DNA of 46,366 bases from Bacteroidota bacterium (GTDB lineage: Bacteria > Bacteroidota > Bacteroidia > Flavobacteriales > Flavobacteriaceae), in assembly GCA_039025415.1 (NCBI GenBank), contig JBCCOJ010000001.1, forward strand, positions 1 through 46,366, in the 5' to 3' direction. Position numbers and translations under genes: made by a program. Of the stretch, positions 11,369-21,038 are shown piece by piece. A model generated the notes under the pieces. It did not search any database. It saw nothing but the letters and a program-made list of their open reading frames with translations, and had not been told where the DNA came from. How positions within the stretch are numbered: position 1 is the stretch's first letter; each line of letters begins with the position of its first letter.

Positions 11369-12349
11369 TTAAACGACCATCAGATTACAACCTCTGATAT
11401 CGCTATTATCAAAACGACCAATAATTTCAAAGCTCCCGTCACTATACACCTTCCCGAGGTCTTGGGTTGCTATAAAGGCGCAAGAATTTAAATTGGCGAG
11501 ATCAATAACGTTAATTGCACCGGTTGAATTATTGTTTTTAATACTTAAGGCATCTTCGGTTTCACGGGTCAAAATCCGCATCCAAGGCGGGCATTCAAAT
11601 ATCCCATTTCCTTCTGAATAAGCTTGGCTCAATAGCTCTGTCATGCCGTACTCGCTGTGAATCTCGCTAACCCCAAATCCTTTTTTAAGAATTTCATGAA
11701 GCTCTACCCTTACTAATTCTTTTCTGCGTCCTTTCATTCCACCCGTCTCCATAATAATTGTGTTTTTTAACTGAAATGAAAACATTTCAACTAAATCCAA
11801 AAGGGCGAAAGAAACACCTATGAGAAGCACTTTTTTGCCAGAAGAGTCCAGTTGGATGAGCCTATTTCTCAGTTCTTCAAGATTATTAAGGTAAAATCCA
11901 CTTTCAGTACGTTCAGTTTCATCAATCATATCATTTACCATATAGATGAGTGAGGAGCCTTGCCGTTCAAGATAACTCGGCAGTAAGGCCAAAATGGTAA
12001 AATCCTTAATATTTCCGTAGAAATGTGAAAAGGCTTTTCTAAAACTTGATTGATACAGACTTAAATCTGAAACATAGTGCTTACTGGTTTGGCTTCCCGT
12101 TGTACCACTGCTCGTAAAGGTTTGTTGTATCTCTTGATTATTAATCATTACTTCACGATTCTTAAAAAATTGAATCGGTAGAAATGGTATAGCTTCAATT
12201 CTGCTTATATCACTTGGATGCTTATATAATAAATCACAAAAAGATCGGTAAACTGGGTTGTTTTCAAATTGAAATTTGAAAATTTCCAATGCTAAATCCT
12301 CAAATTGTGCTTTGTTATTAATTGAAAATATAGAATTTGGTAATATCAT
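11369..12349 (-). CDS. LuxE/PaaK-like acyl-protein synthetase (acyltransferase) family protein
   Basis: TFTSSGTTG, IMETGGMKGR, SEYGMTEL, ATQDLG, RGC motifs; start moved to ATG 12349 because the longer ORF runs through a terminator. Confidence 0.85.
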   Translation of the reverse strand: MILPNSIFSINNKAQFEDLALEIFKFQFENNPVYRSFCDLLYKHPSDISRIEAIPFLPIQFFKNREVMINNQEIQQTFTSSGTTGSQTSKHYVSDLSLYQSSFRKAFSHFYGNIKDFTILALLPSYLERQGSSLIYMVNDMIDETERTESGFYLNNLEELRNRLIQLDSSGKKVLLIGVSFALLDLVEMFSFQLKNTIIMETGGMKGRRKELVRVELHEILKKGFGVSEIHSEYGMTELLSQAYSEGNGIFECPPWMRILTRETEDALSIKNNNSTGAINVIDLANLNSCAFIATQDLGKVYSDGSFEIIGRFDNSDIRGCNLMVV

Positions 12350-12370
12350 GATTGCAAAAATAATCAAACA

Positions 12371-12398
12371 AAAAGCGCTGCCATTTGGCAACGCTTTT
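12371..12398 (-). terminator. Terminator after T9SS cargo gene
   Basis: Minus strand AAAAGCGTTGCCA-AA-TGGCAGCGCTTTT followed by TGTTT. Confidence 0.7.
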
Positions 12399-12422
12399 AA
12401 AATTCAAATAAGAAAAATTAGT

Positions 12423-14537
12423 TTATTTGATTATTAACTTTTTGGTTACCGATGAGGATTCCTGAGATAACTTTAAAATATAAACTCCAGAGTTTAAACT
12501 TGAAACGTCCAAACGCTTATTATCTAAGTTGCCAGAAAACACCTCTTTGCCTAAAATATTGAAAATTGAAACTGAAATATTGTCATAATCCGCTAGTTCT
12601 ACATTTACAAAACCATCGGCACTAGGATTTGGATAGACCCTTACATCATTTGCGGTTAAGCTTTCAGCCGATAAGGTAGTTGGTGTAACATCTGACCACG
12701 ATGTCCCTATTCTAAGTTCATCAAAAAGAATAAACGGTGTTTCTGTGGTCGAATCTTGCCTTATTGCAAATTGGCTAAAGCTTGTTTCAACGTCAGTATC
12801 TGTTAATGTTGCTGATGCTGTTGGCGCTGTTCCTCCAAACGATGCGTCGCTCGGATTTACCCATGCATTGGTAACACCTGTTGCGGTATCGTAACTCATA
12901 ACAACTAATATTGTTGAATTAGTAGTAAGTACCGTGGCATCCAGACTAGCTCCTGTCGGGGCAGTATTAGCGTTAGATATGCCAATTTGAAATTCTCCTG
13001 CGTTTGCGCCAGGAACAGTCCAAAGTCTTGCATCAAAATCGCCTAATAAAGCAAAATAGCCAGCGGTTGTTACTGAACTGATATCCGTAACATTAATTAA
13101 AAATGAGGCATAGATTGTACCACTAGTAACCGTTTCAAATTCAATGGCAGGATCACTTCCACCACCGTCAAAGGTGATATGATTTCCGCTTTGGGAAGAA
13201 TCGGCCAAGTTGGGATAACTCAATCCTCCTGGTCCACCAATCAATACTTCGTCTGACGAGTCTGAAATATTTTCCCAGTTATTTGCACTAATCAAATCAG
13301 AACCAACGGTATAGTCAAATCCTTCATAAAGTGGCAAGGTTAGAGCTGGGTCACAATCTGGGCTACTAATATTACGCGTAAAATTACAACTGCTATTAGT
13401 GACATTTCCTAAGAAAGTAACAACAAAATCGGTACCCTCAGTAATGCCAGTAATCGTGATTGTTCCTTCTGCGGTAGTTGTAGGGTCATCACCTCCTAAT
13501 GTACCAACACCTCCAGAATCAATAACGTAGGCAGCAGTAGCTCCCCCTGTATATTCAATGGTTACACCATAAGTGTCTGTTGAGGCTGGGGTAATGTTAT
13601 CGCAAGTAGTAGTGATTGTACCAACTTGTAAATCACAAGGGAAGGCAATGTCAAAATTTACGGTGTCACTAGCTATAACGCCACCGTCAACCATATCAAC
13701 TGTAACTTGAAAGGTATCTCCATCAACAGCAGGCGCAATTAAGAATGGACTTGTTATATTATTTGTTGTTTCTGGTGTGCCGCCATTTGTAATTACAGTA
13801 ATGTTATAGGTAGCACCACTAGGAACATTTTCCCCATTAAATTCAATATCAACAGAGGTAGCTCCAGAGTTAATGGATTCGCCATCAGTTGGTGAGGTAA
13901 TGGTTACAAGTGGATCTGTAATACAACCTGTGTAGGAACCTAAGGTATCCCATCCAGAGTTTGAATCGCCAACAATCCATTCAGATGAAGCGGCATCAGT
14001 TCCAAAAGAATCCAATGGGACTGGATTTGGGCTACATACTGTAGTTTTTCTAGTAAGGGTTTGATTTTGGGTTCCATTAGTATCGTCACCAACTGCCCAA
14101 CCTGAGCCTGGATCACCATGCAAATCTCCTAGAATATCAATAATGGTGTAGGTAGCAGCAGTTGCCCCTGCCAATGTTAATGCATAAACGTCATCACCAT
14201 TACTCAAAAATTGAAAGGTTGCGTCAGCCTCATCCAAAATATCTTGATTAGCATCAGGGTGCGCAATTACATAAACATCTCCATCACTTAGAAGTGTTCC
14301 CGGATCAAATGTAATATTGTCAGGAAAATCAAATTCCCCAAACGTATCACACCCATTTGAACAAGACGAGAGTGAGTATCCGCTCAAATCAACATCTGCT
14401 CCGGTTCCGTTATAAATTTCTAGAAATTTATTATCGCCAGAACCTTCACCATATTTGCTGATTAATAAATCAGTTGTTTGCCCAAAGGACAAAAAGGAAA
14501 ACATAAAGGTTAGAGATAAAAAGTAAAGTTTTTTCAT
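12423..14537 (-). CDS. T9SS-secreted protein with lamin-tail-like N-terminal domain, Ig-like and acidic Thr/Gly-rich regions, type A CTD
   Basis: Signal peptide ending before Gln; LLISKYGEGSGDNKFLEIYN; C-terminal VYPNP...SGVYILK...KKLIIK. Confidence 0.85.
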   Translation of the reverse strand: MKKLYFLSLTFMFSFLSFGQTTDLLISKYGEGSGDNKFLEIYNGTGADVDLSGYSLSSCSNGCDTFGEFDFPDNITFDPGTLLSDGDVYVIAHPDANQDILDEADATFQFLSNGDDVYALTLAGATAATYTIIDILGDLHGDPGSGWAVGDDTNGTQNQTLTRKTTVCSPNPVPLDSFGTDAASSEWIVGDSNSGWDTLGSYTGCITDPLVTITSPTDGESINSGATSVDIEFNGENVPSGATYNITVITNGGTPETTNNITSPFLIAPAVDGDTFQVTVDMVDGGVIASDTVNFDIAFPCDLQVGTITTTCDNITPASTDTYGVTIEYTGGATAAYVIDSGGVGTLGGDDPTTTAEGTITITGITEGTDFVVTFLGNVTNSSCNFTRNISSPDCDPALTLPLYEGFDYTVGSDLISANNWENISDSSDEVLIGGPGGLSYPNLADSSQSGNHITFDGGGSDPAIEFETVTSGTIYASFLINVTDISSVTTAGYFALLGDFDARLWTVPGANAGEFQIGISNANTAPTGASLDATVLTTNSTILVVMSYDTATGVTNAWVNPSDASFGGTAPTASATLTDTDVETSFSQFAIRQDSTTETPFILFDELRIGTSWSDVTPTTLSAESLTANDVRVYPNPSADGFVNVELADYDNISVSIFNILGKEVFSGNLDNKRLDVSSLNSGVYILKLSQESSSVTKKLIIK

Positions 14538-14565
14538 ATTGAATAGATTAATTAAAAAGTAAAAA

Positions 14566-14573
14566 CAAATATA
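14566..14573 (-). promoter_or_regulatory. -7 promoter element of T9SS cargo gene
   Basis: Minus strand TATATTTG, 28 nt before ATG. Confidence 0.6.
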
Positions 14574-14882
14574 ATCAGATTTTTAAGCTGAGACCCCTAA
14601 TTTACAATATGGTAACATAGCTCCAAAAAAATTCACTAACTCAATTTCAATTTTATCTGCTCTAATTTAATACTAAGGTTTTTATTGTCACCATGACTGT
14701 TTTCGTCACATCTCTTTTCTATTTTTAATAATTCCATAAACAAGCTGAATGATATAATGACTTCTTTGTTTACGTTAACTTAACGTTATGAATTTTAACT
14801 CTGGTTTAATTTTTTCTTAATAGCCTTATATTTACAATGACAATTTTTATTCGAATACGTTTTGCTTTATTGTAAATAGCAG

Positions 14883-15566
14883 ATGAAAAAAAAGAATATT
14901 AAAATATTACTGGTAGATGACGAGCCTGATATTTTAGAAATAGTGGGCTATAATTTAACTTCAGAAGGCTACAAGGTTTTAACCGCCGAGAACGGTGCCG
15001 AAGCCATTAAAATATCTAAAAAGGAAAAACCCCAACTCATCATTTTAGATGTAATGATGCCCGAAATGGATGGGATTGAAGCATGTGAAAAGTTACGGGC
15101 AATTCCAGATCTATCTGAAACCATTATCACATTTCTCACTGCCAGAGGGGAAGATTACTCCCAAATGGCTGGTTTTGATGCAGGAGCAGATGATTATATA
15201 ACCAAACCCATCAAACCAAAAGTACTGATGAGCAAGGTAAAAGCCTTGTTAAGACGTTTAAAGGAAAAAGAGGAGAAAGAAGATGTCGTAAAGATTGGGA
15301 ATCTTGTTATTAATCGGGAAGAATATAAAATCTCCCTTAAAGGCAAGGAACTTGTATTGCCTAGAAAAGAATTTGAATTATTATCTTTATTGGCAACTAA
15401 GCCTAATAAAGTTTTTAAACGCGAAGAGATTTTGGACAAGGTTTGGGGTAATGAGGTGGTCGTTGGTGGAAGAACCATTGATGTTCACATAAGAAAACTT
15501 CGTGAAAAAATTGGTGACAAACGCTTTAAGACAATAAAAGGCGTTGGTTACAAGTTCGTGGATTAA
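14883..15566 (+). CDS. OmpR/PhoB-family response regulator (PhoB/PhoP-like)
   Basis: Receiver LVDDE...LDVMMP...DYITKP plus winged helix RTIDVHIRKLREK. Confidence 0.92.
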   Translation: MKKKNIKILLVDDEPDILEIVGYNLTSEGYKVLTAENGAEAIKISKKEKPQLIILDVMMPEMDGIEACEKLRAIPDLSETIITFLTARGEDYSQMAGFDAGADDYITKPIKPKVLMSKVKALLRRLKEKEEKEDVVKIGNLVINREEYKISLKGKELVLPRKEFELLSLLATKPNKVFKREEILDKVWGNEVVVGGRTIDVHIRKLREKIGDKRFKTIKGVGYKFVD

Positions 15567-16609
15567 TGCAAATCAAATTAAAGAAGACCTATAGGTTCGC
15601 CATTAGAACCTCTTTTTATATTACTGCTTTTTTGACGCTCTTATCGAGTGTCTTTTTATATCTATTACATTCTTTTGATTGGCTGTATCAACTTAGTTTT
15701 ACAGTATTCACTTATATCCTCTGTTTTATCATAATCCAATTCAGAGTGGAGCGTTTTATTTATCGCAGGGTAAAGCGAATCTATGATGATTTAACCCTGT
15801 TGGAATCTACATCGCTTCGCAATCAGCCCATAACGACGGATATGGCCACCTTAACGCGTGAAATTGATAAGTATGCAAAAGATAAAAAGGTTGAAATTGA
15901 AACCTTAAAAATACGTGAAGAGTATCGAAAGGAATTCTTAGGAAATGTCTCGCACGAATTAAAAACACCACTATTTACAGTTCAAGGTTATTTACTTACG
16001 CTTTTGGACGGTGCCATTAGCGACCCGAACATTTCAAATAAATATTTAAAACGCGCCAATAAAGGTGTTGAACGCCTCATTTATATTGTTAGGGATTTAG
16101 ATATGATTACCAAACTTGAGGTTGGTGATTTAAGTTTGAACATCGATACATTTGATATTATTGAATTGGTAGAGAGTGTTTTTGATTTGCTGGAAATGAA
16201 GGCGGCCAAAAAGAAAATCTCCCTAATTTTTGACATGGATTATCCAAAACCCATCATGGTAGTTGCCGATAGGGAGCGCATACAACAGGTGCTCAGTAAT
16301 TTAATTGTGAACTCCATAAAATATGGCCACGAAAAGGGAACAACCGAAATTAGTATAGAAAACTTAATCAAAAACAAGGTTATTGTGAGGGTTACCGATA
16401 ACGGTGAGGGGATTTCAGATTTAAACCTTCCAAGATTATTCGAGCGGTTTTACAGGGTTGATAAAAGTGGGTCGAGAAAAGAGGGTGGTTCAGGCTTAGG
16501 CTTAAGTATCGTAAAGCATATTATTGAAGCACATGACGAAAAAATCTATGTTGAAAGTGAGCTCGGTGTAGGCAGCGAATTTTCATTCACTCTCGAAAAG
16601 GCCGAATAA
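15566..16609 (+). CDS. PhoR-like sensor histidine kinase
   Basis: Two TM helices, NVSHELKTPL H-box, NSIKY, DNGEGI, FERFYRVD, GSGLGL; TAATG coupling to the regulator. Confidence 0.92.
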   Translation: MQIKLKKTYRFAIRTSFYITAFLTLLSSVFLYLLHSFDWLYQLSFTVFTYILCFIIIQFRVERFIYRRVKRIYDDLTLLESTSLRNQPITTDMATLTREIDKYAKDKKVEIETLKIREEYRKEFLGNVSHELKTPLFTVQGYLLTLLDGAISDPNISNKYLKRANKGVERLIYIVRDLDMITKLEVGDLSLNIDTFDIIELVESVFDLLEMKAAKKKISLIFDMDYPKPIMVVADRERIQQVLSNLIVNSIKYGHEKGTTEISIENLIKNKVIVRVTDNGEGISDLNLPRLFERFYRVDKSGSRKEGGSGLGLSIVKHIIEAHDEKIYVESELGVGSEFSFTLEKAE

Positions 16610-17653
16610 CTTCTTGTAATTCAACTGATAATCCATAGATTTTAAGCCTTTATAATTACTTAAACGTTCTAATTGCTTTAGATTAAACTCGTTTTGACTG
16701 CATGAAGGCACCAAACCTTGTTCATCTAATCTTTGCGCAATATATTCTTGTTCAAATTGCCCTGGGGTTGGTATAAAAAAAGCCTTTTTACTAAGTTTTG
16801 TCAAGTCCATAACGGTAGTATAACCAGAACGCGAGATAATTAAATCGCTAGAATTTATTGCATTCTCCAATTGAGCACTGGTCATAAAATTATAGATTTT
16901 GACACCCCCTTTTTGTGAAATTTTCTGAGAAGCCTCTACCTGTCCCTTAACAAATAAAACAGTTCCATTGTATTGGCTAAAATCCTCCAATAATTTAACC
17001 TCTAAAATCGTACGTTGCGGTTCAGGACCCGATAGCAGAACCATAATATTGTATTCAATTTCAACGTCCTTCTTTTGGAATCGACTCAAAGGCCCGATAT
17101 ACTTAATAGGCAACTCGTTAATTTGCACGTGTCCCAATTTCCCGCTCAAATTAGTATCGCCATTATTATCTGGCACCCAACATTCATGAAAACGTTTTAT
17201 AATTTTTTGATGAAGCTTCGTGCTAAGCCAGGTTGTACTTCCACTTAACACCTGCAATTGATGGGTTATGAAAACACAAGGTAAATTCTTGTTGTGAACG
17301 CCAAGTCTGTTATCGGAAATAATACCGTCGATGTTGTATTTTTCGATAATATCAACAACCGCTTTTTTTTCTGCCTTGATGGCCTTTACAATTTTAGGGG
17401 TATTTTGAATTAGCTTTAACTTGAAAAACTCCTTTTTCTTGGAATAACGAATTTGATAAGATGGTAATTCTGCACTTTCAAGGTTCTCGTATTCCTTTCT
17501 TAATAAGTCTAGCGCAATACCGTCACTTGCTAGAACAGGTTCAAAACCAAAATCGATTAGCGCATTTATGATTGGGATACATCTTGTCGCATGTCCCAAA
17601 CCCCAATTTAGGGGAGCAACTAATATGCGTTTCTTGGAGTTTTTAGCTTGCAA
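16583..17653 (-). CDS. Glycosyltransferase, GT28/MurG-like C-terminal domain
   Basis: WGLGHATR, ISRSGYTT, PTPGQFEQ; TTG start; overlaps kinase 3' end by 27 nt. Confidence 0.85.
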   Translation of the reverse strand: MQAKNSKKRILVAPLNWGLGHATRCIPIINALIDFGFEPVLASDGIALDLLRKEYENLESAELPSYQIRYSKKKEFFKLKLIQNTPKIVKAIKAEKKAVVDIIEKYNIDGIISDNRLGVHNKNLPCVFITHQLQVLSGSTTWLSTKLHQKIIKRFHECWVPDNNGDTNLSGKLGHVQINELPIKYIGPLSRFQKKDVEIEYNIMVLLSGPEPQRTILEVKLLEDFSQYNGTVLFVKGQVEASQKISQKGGVKIYNFMTSAQLENAINSSDLIISRSGYTTVMDLTKLSKKAFFIPTPGQFEQEYIAQRLDEQGLVPSCSQNEFNLKQLERLSNYKGLKSMDYQLNYKKLFGLFESE

Positions 17654-17687
17654 TTATCCTAAAATATTAGCCTGACTTTAAACGAAA

Positions 17688-17720
17688 CAAATATAACCTT
17701 AAAATGTTTCCTTAATTTTG
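17688..17720. promoter_or_regulatory. Divergent -7 promoter elements
   Basis: Minus TATATTTG at 17688-17695 and plus TAATTTTG at 17713-17720. Confidence 0.55.
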
Positions 17721-17760
17721 GCAACATTAAGTCAACAATAAGAAATTGTTAATAAATACC

Positions 17761-18435
17761 GTGGGAAGCAAGAATAAATTAAAGCGATTTAAGGAGAATG
17801 AAACCTTTGAAAATGTGTTCCAACCGAGCCGATCAGATTTGGTAGATTCAGATTATGACTTGAGAGGGAAATGGTGCCATACGATTTTTAAAAATAATAG
17901 TCCATTAATTTTAGAACTAGGCTGTGGGCGCGGCGAGTATACGGTGAATCTTGCCAAACGTTTTCCGCATAAAAACTTCATTGGAATTGACATCAAAGGG
18001 GCTCGATTTTGGAGAGGAGCCAAAACTGCCATTGAAAACCAAATGAAAAACGTTGCTTTTTTAAGAACCCAAATAGAATTAATTGACAAAGCATTTGCAA
18101 AACATGAAGTAGATGAAATTTGGATTACTTTCCCAGACCCTCAAATTAAATATAAGCGCACTAAACATCGAATGACAAATTCAACATTTTTAAAACGCTA
18201 TAAAACCATTTTAAAACCAGAGGGCGTGGTAAATCTCAAAACCGATAGCGAATTTATGCACGGTTATACCTTGGGTCTTTTGCATGGTGAAGGGCACGAA
18301 GTTCTATATGCTAACCACAACGTATATCATCAAGAAGGAAGCCCCGCTGAGGTTACCGAAATACAAACCTATTATGAATCCCTATATTTGGAAAAGGATA
18401 AAGCCATAACTTACATTAAATTCAAAATCCGTTAG
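17761..18435 (+). CDS. trmB: tRNA (guanine-N7)-methyltransferase
   Basis: LELGCGRG, ITFPDPQ, LKTD, TYYE; GTG start (MGSKNKLKRF) preferred. Confidence 0.93.
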   Translation: MGSKNKLKRFKENETFENVFQPSRSDLVDSDYDLRGKWCHTIFKNNSPLILELGCGRGEYTVNLAKRFPHKNFIGIDIKGARFWRGAKTAIENQMKNVAFLRTQIELIDKAFAKHEVDEIWITFPDPQIKYKRTKHRMTNSTFLKRYKTILKPEGVVNLKTDSEFMHGYTLGLLHGEGHEVLYANHNVYHQEGSPAEVTEIQTYYESLYLEKDKAITYIKFKIR

Positions 18436-18438
18436 GTC

Positions 18439-19068
18439 TTGAACATTACCATCATATTCTGTCTTGGTTTCACCATTGCTCTTATCGGGGTAATCCCACC
18501 AGGATTATTGAATATGTCGGCGGCCAAAATTAGCTTGAAAGATGGGCATCCATCAGGAATAGTGTTTTCAATTGGAGTTTGTCTGGTGGTATTTTTGCAA
18601 ACCTATATTGCAGCCATGTTTGCTCGATACTTGAGCAATCATAAAGACGTGGTTGAAATTCTACAACGCGTAGCCTTTGTAATATTCGTACTCATTACCA
18701 TCTACTTTTTGGTTTTGGCAAAAAATAAGGAAAAACCCGAAGTAGAACCCAAAGAAACCACAAAGGGTAGTCGTTTTTTTCAAGGTATTTTTCTTTCGGC
18801 CATTAATGTTTTTCCGATTCCATATCAGTCGTATATGACAATCACCATAGCAACCTTTGGATGGTTTGCCTTTGATATAACCAGTATTGTGACCTATTGC
18901 TCTGGGGCTGCAACTGGTACTTTTACCATGTTATATGTGTACATTTTCTTCTTTGATAAAATCAACAATAAAAAACTGACTTCACAAAAGAACATGAACT
19001 ACAGCATTGGCATCATCACGGGCATTGTCTCGGTTTTCACATTTATAAATATTTTAATGGAACTCTAA
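18439..19068 (+). CDS. LysE-family translocator
   Basis: IPPGLLN motif, about six hydrophobic helices. Confidence 0.75.
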   Translation: MNITIIFCLGFTIALIGVIPPGLLNMSAAKISLKDGHPSGIVFSIGVCLVVFLQTYIAAMFARYLSNHKDVVEILQRVAFVIFVLITIYFLVLAKNKEKPEVEPKETTKGSRFFQGIFLSAINVFPIPYQSYMTITIATFGWFAFDITSIVTYCSGAATGTFTMLYVYIFFFDKINNKKLTSQKNMNYSIGIITGIVSVFTFINILMEL

Positions 19069-19389
19069 ATGAAACCTGAAACCTTAAGTTTTTTTGAACG
19101 GGTTTATGACGTGGTAAGACAAATCCCAGAAGGCAGGGTTACTAGCTATGGCGCCATTGCAGAATATCTCGGGGCAAAGCGAAGTTCAAGATTGGTGGGT
19201 TATGCCATGAACGCTTCACACGGAAAAAATGTTCCTGCACATCGCGTGGTTAACCGTAACGGACTCTTAACCGGTAAGCACCATTTTGAAGGCACTAATC
19301 TCATGCAACAACTTTTGGAAAATGAAGGCGTTAAAGTCATTGATGACAGAGTTCAAAACTTTAAAGACATCTTTTGGACACCTGAATAA
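19069..19389 (+). CDS. Alkyltransferase-like (MGMT-family, non-catalytic) protein
   Basis: IPEGRVTSYGAIA, RLVG; PAHRV where active MGMT has PCHR. Confidence 0.85.
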   Translation: MKPETLSFFERVYDVVRQIPEGRVTSYGAIAEYLGAKRSSRLVGYAMNASHGKNVPAHRVVNRNGLLTGKHHFEGTNLMQQLLENEGVKVIDDRVQNFKDIFWTPE

Positions 19390-19514
19390 CTTAGTTGTTT
19401 GTTTATGAAAATTTAAATTTTATTGTTTTCATGAGTTGAGACTTATCATTCATACCCTCAATAATCCCATTAATTTTCAGTTTTAATTATATCCTCAAAT
19501 TCGTCTTCATTCGG

Positions 19515-19522
19515 TATCTTTG
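19515..19522 (+). promoter_or_regulatory. -7 promoter element of mrp-nfu operon
   Basis: TATCTTTG, about 130 nt upstream of ATG 19654. Confidence 0.55.
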
Positions 19523-19653
19523 CATTTTAGAACTTACAAAGCAAAAAGAGCTTGTAATCAGATAAAAATCAAGAATATCCTTACCTAGTTTTAGTGGAAA
19601 AGATTAGTTGATTTAATTGATAGATGCATTTCTGGTTAAATAAATTTCAATAC

Positions 19654-20793
19654 ATGAAATTAAATAAGAACGACATATTAAAAGTACTAGAAACCATTTC
19701 TGTTCCAGGTGAGGGGAAAAATATGGTTGAAAGCGGCGCTGTTACCAATGTTGTAACATTCGCTGATGAGGTAATTGTTGATATTACCATTACCAATCCT
19801 AGTCTTCAAGCGAAGAAGAAGACCGAAGTTGAGATTATGCAGACCATTCACAGAAAGGTTTACGAAAAAGCCAAGATAACGGTGAATGTCAAGGTTGACG
19901 CTCCCGTAAAGCAACAGCCAAACGTTATAAAAGGCAAGGAAATTCCAGGAATAAAAAACATAATAGCGGTAGCTTCTGGTAAAGGTGGTGTTGGTAAATC
20001 AACAGTAACCGCAAATCTTGCGGTAAGCCTATCTAAAATGGGGTTTAAAGTAGGTATTCTTGATGCAGATATCTATGGGCCATCAATGCCTATAATGTTT
20101 GATGTTGAGCTTGAAAGGCCAATAGCGGTAAATATCGATGGAAAATCAAAAATGAAACCCGTAGAAAATTACGGAGTCAAGATTCTATCAATTGGCTTTT
20201 TCACAAAACCTGACCAAGCGGTTGTTTGGCGGGGGCCAATGGCCTCAAAAGCATTGAACCAAATGATATTTGATGCAGCTTGGGGTGAGTTGGATTTCCT
20301 TTTAGTTGATTTACCTCCTGGTACTGGAGACATCCATTTAAGCATCATGCAGGCATTACCAATAACTGGTGCTGTAGTTGTAAGTACGCCGCAAAATGTT
20401 GCCTTGGCAGATGCAAAAAAGGGAGTAGCAATGTTTCAGCAGGATAGTATTCAAGTTCCGGTTTTAGGAATTATAGAAAACATGGCGTATTTTACACCAG
20501 AAGAGCTGCCCGAAAATAAATACTACATTTTCGGTAAAGAGGGTGCAAGACACCTTTCTCAAGATCTAAAGGTGCCTTTTCTCGGTGAGTTACCATTGGT
20601 TCAAAGTATCAGGGAGGCGGGAGATTTTGGTAGGCCTGCCGCCATGCAGACCGCAACACCTCTAGAAGCCGCATTTGAAGAACTGACTAAAAATGTGGTA
20701 CAGGAGACCGTAAATAGAAATGAAAAATTACCACCAACCGAGGCGATTAAAATAACAACAATGGCTGGATGTTCAGCAGTTAATAAAAAATAA
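19654..20793 (+). CDS. mrp: Mrp/NBP35 (ApbC) Fe-S cluster carrier ATPase
   Basis: SGKGGVGKST, DADIYGPS, WRGPM, DLPPGTGD; start at second Met. Confidence 0.93.
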   Translation: MKLNKNDILKVLETISVPGEGKNMVESGAVTNVVTFADEVIVDITITNPSLQAKKKTEVEIMQTIHRKVYEKAKITVNVKVDAPVKQQPNVIKGKEIPGIKNIIAVASGKGGVGKSTVTANLAVSLSKMGFKVGILDADIYGPSMPIMFDVELERPIAVNIDGKSKMKPVENYGVKILSIGFFTKPDQAVVWRGPMASKALNQMIFDAAWGELDFLLVDLPPGTGDIHLSIMQALPITGAVVVSTPQNVALADAKKGVAMFQQDSIQVPVLGIIENMAYFTPEELPENKYYIFGKEGARHLSQDLKVPFLGELPLVQSIREAGDFGRPAAMQTATPLEAAFEELTKNVVQETVNRNEKLPPTEAIKITTMAGCSAVNKK

Positions 20794-21036
20794 ATGACAC
20801 AAGAAGAATTAAAATTAAATGTGGAAAACGCCCTAGAGGAAATTCGTCCTTTCTTACAAAGTGATGGCGGGGATATCTCATTACTGTCTATTGAAGACGG
20901 TAAACTCGTTAAGGTGCAACTGCAGGGAAATTGTGTGGGTTGTAGTGTCAACCAAATGACTCTTAAATCAGGGGTTGAGATGACTATTAAAAAGCACGCA
21001 CCGCAAATTGAACAAGTTATAAATATCGAGGCTTAG
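20794..21036 (+). CDS. NifU/Nfu-domain Fe-S scaffold protein
   Basis: IRPFLQSDGGD, GNCVGC. Confidence 0.92.
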   Translation: MTQEELKLNVENALEEIRPFLQSDGGDISLLSIEDGKLVKVQLQGNCVGCSVNQMTLKSGVEMTIKKHAPQIEQVINIEA

Positions 21037-21038
21037 TT

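Noticed and set aside
11369-12349. LuxE-like gene as a sign of bioluminescence
   Set aside because: No luxAB/CD nearby; standalone LuxE-like genes are common in Bacteroidota.
16583-16609. 27-nt convergent overlap of kinase and glycosyltransferase genes
   Set aside because: Short tail-to-tail overlaps are common in compact genomes.
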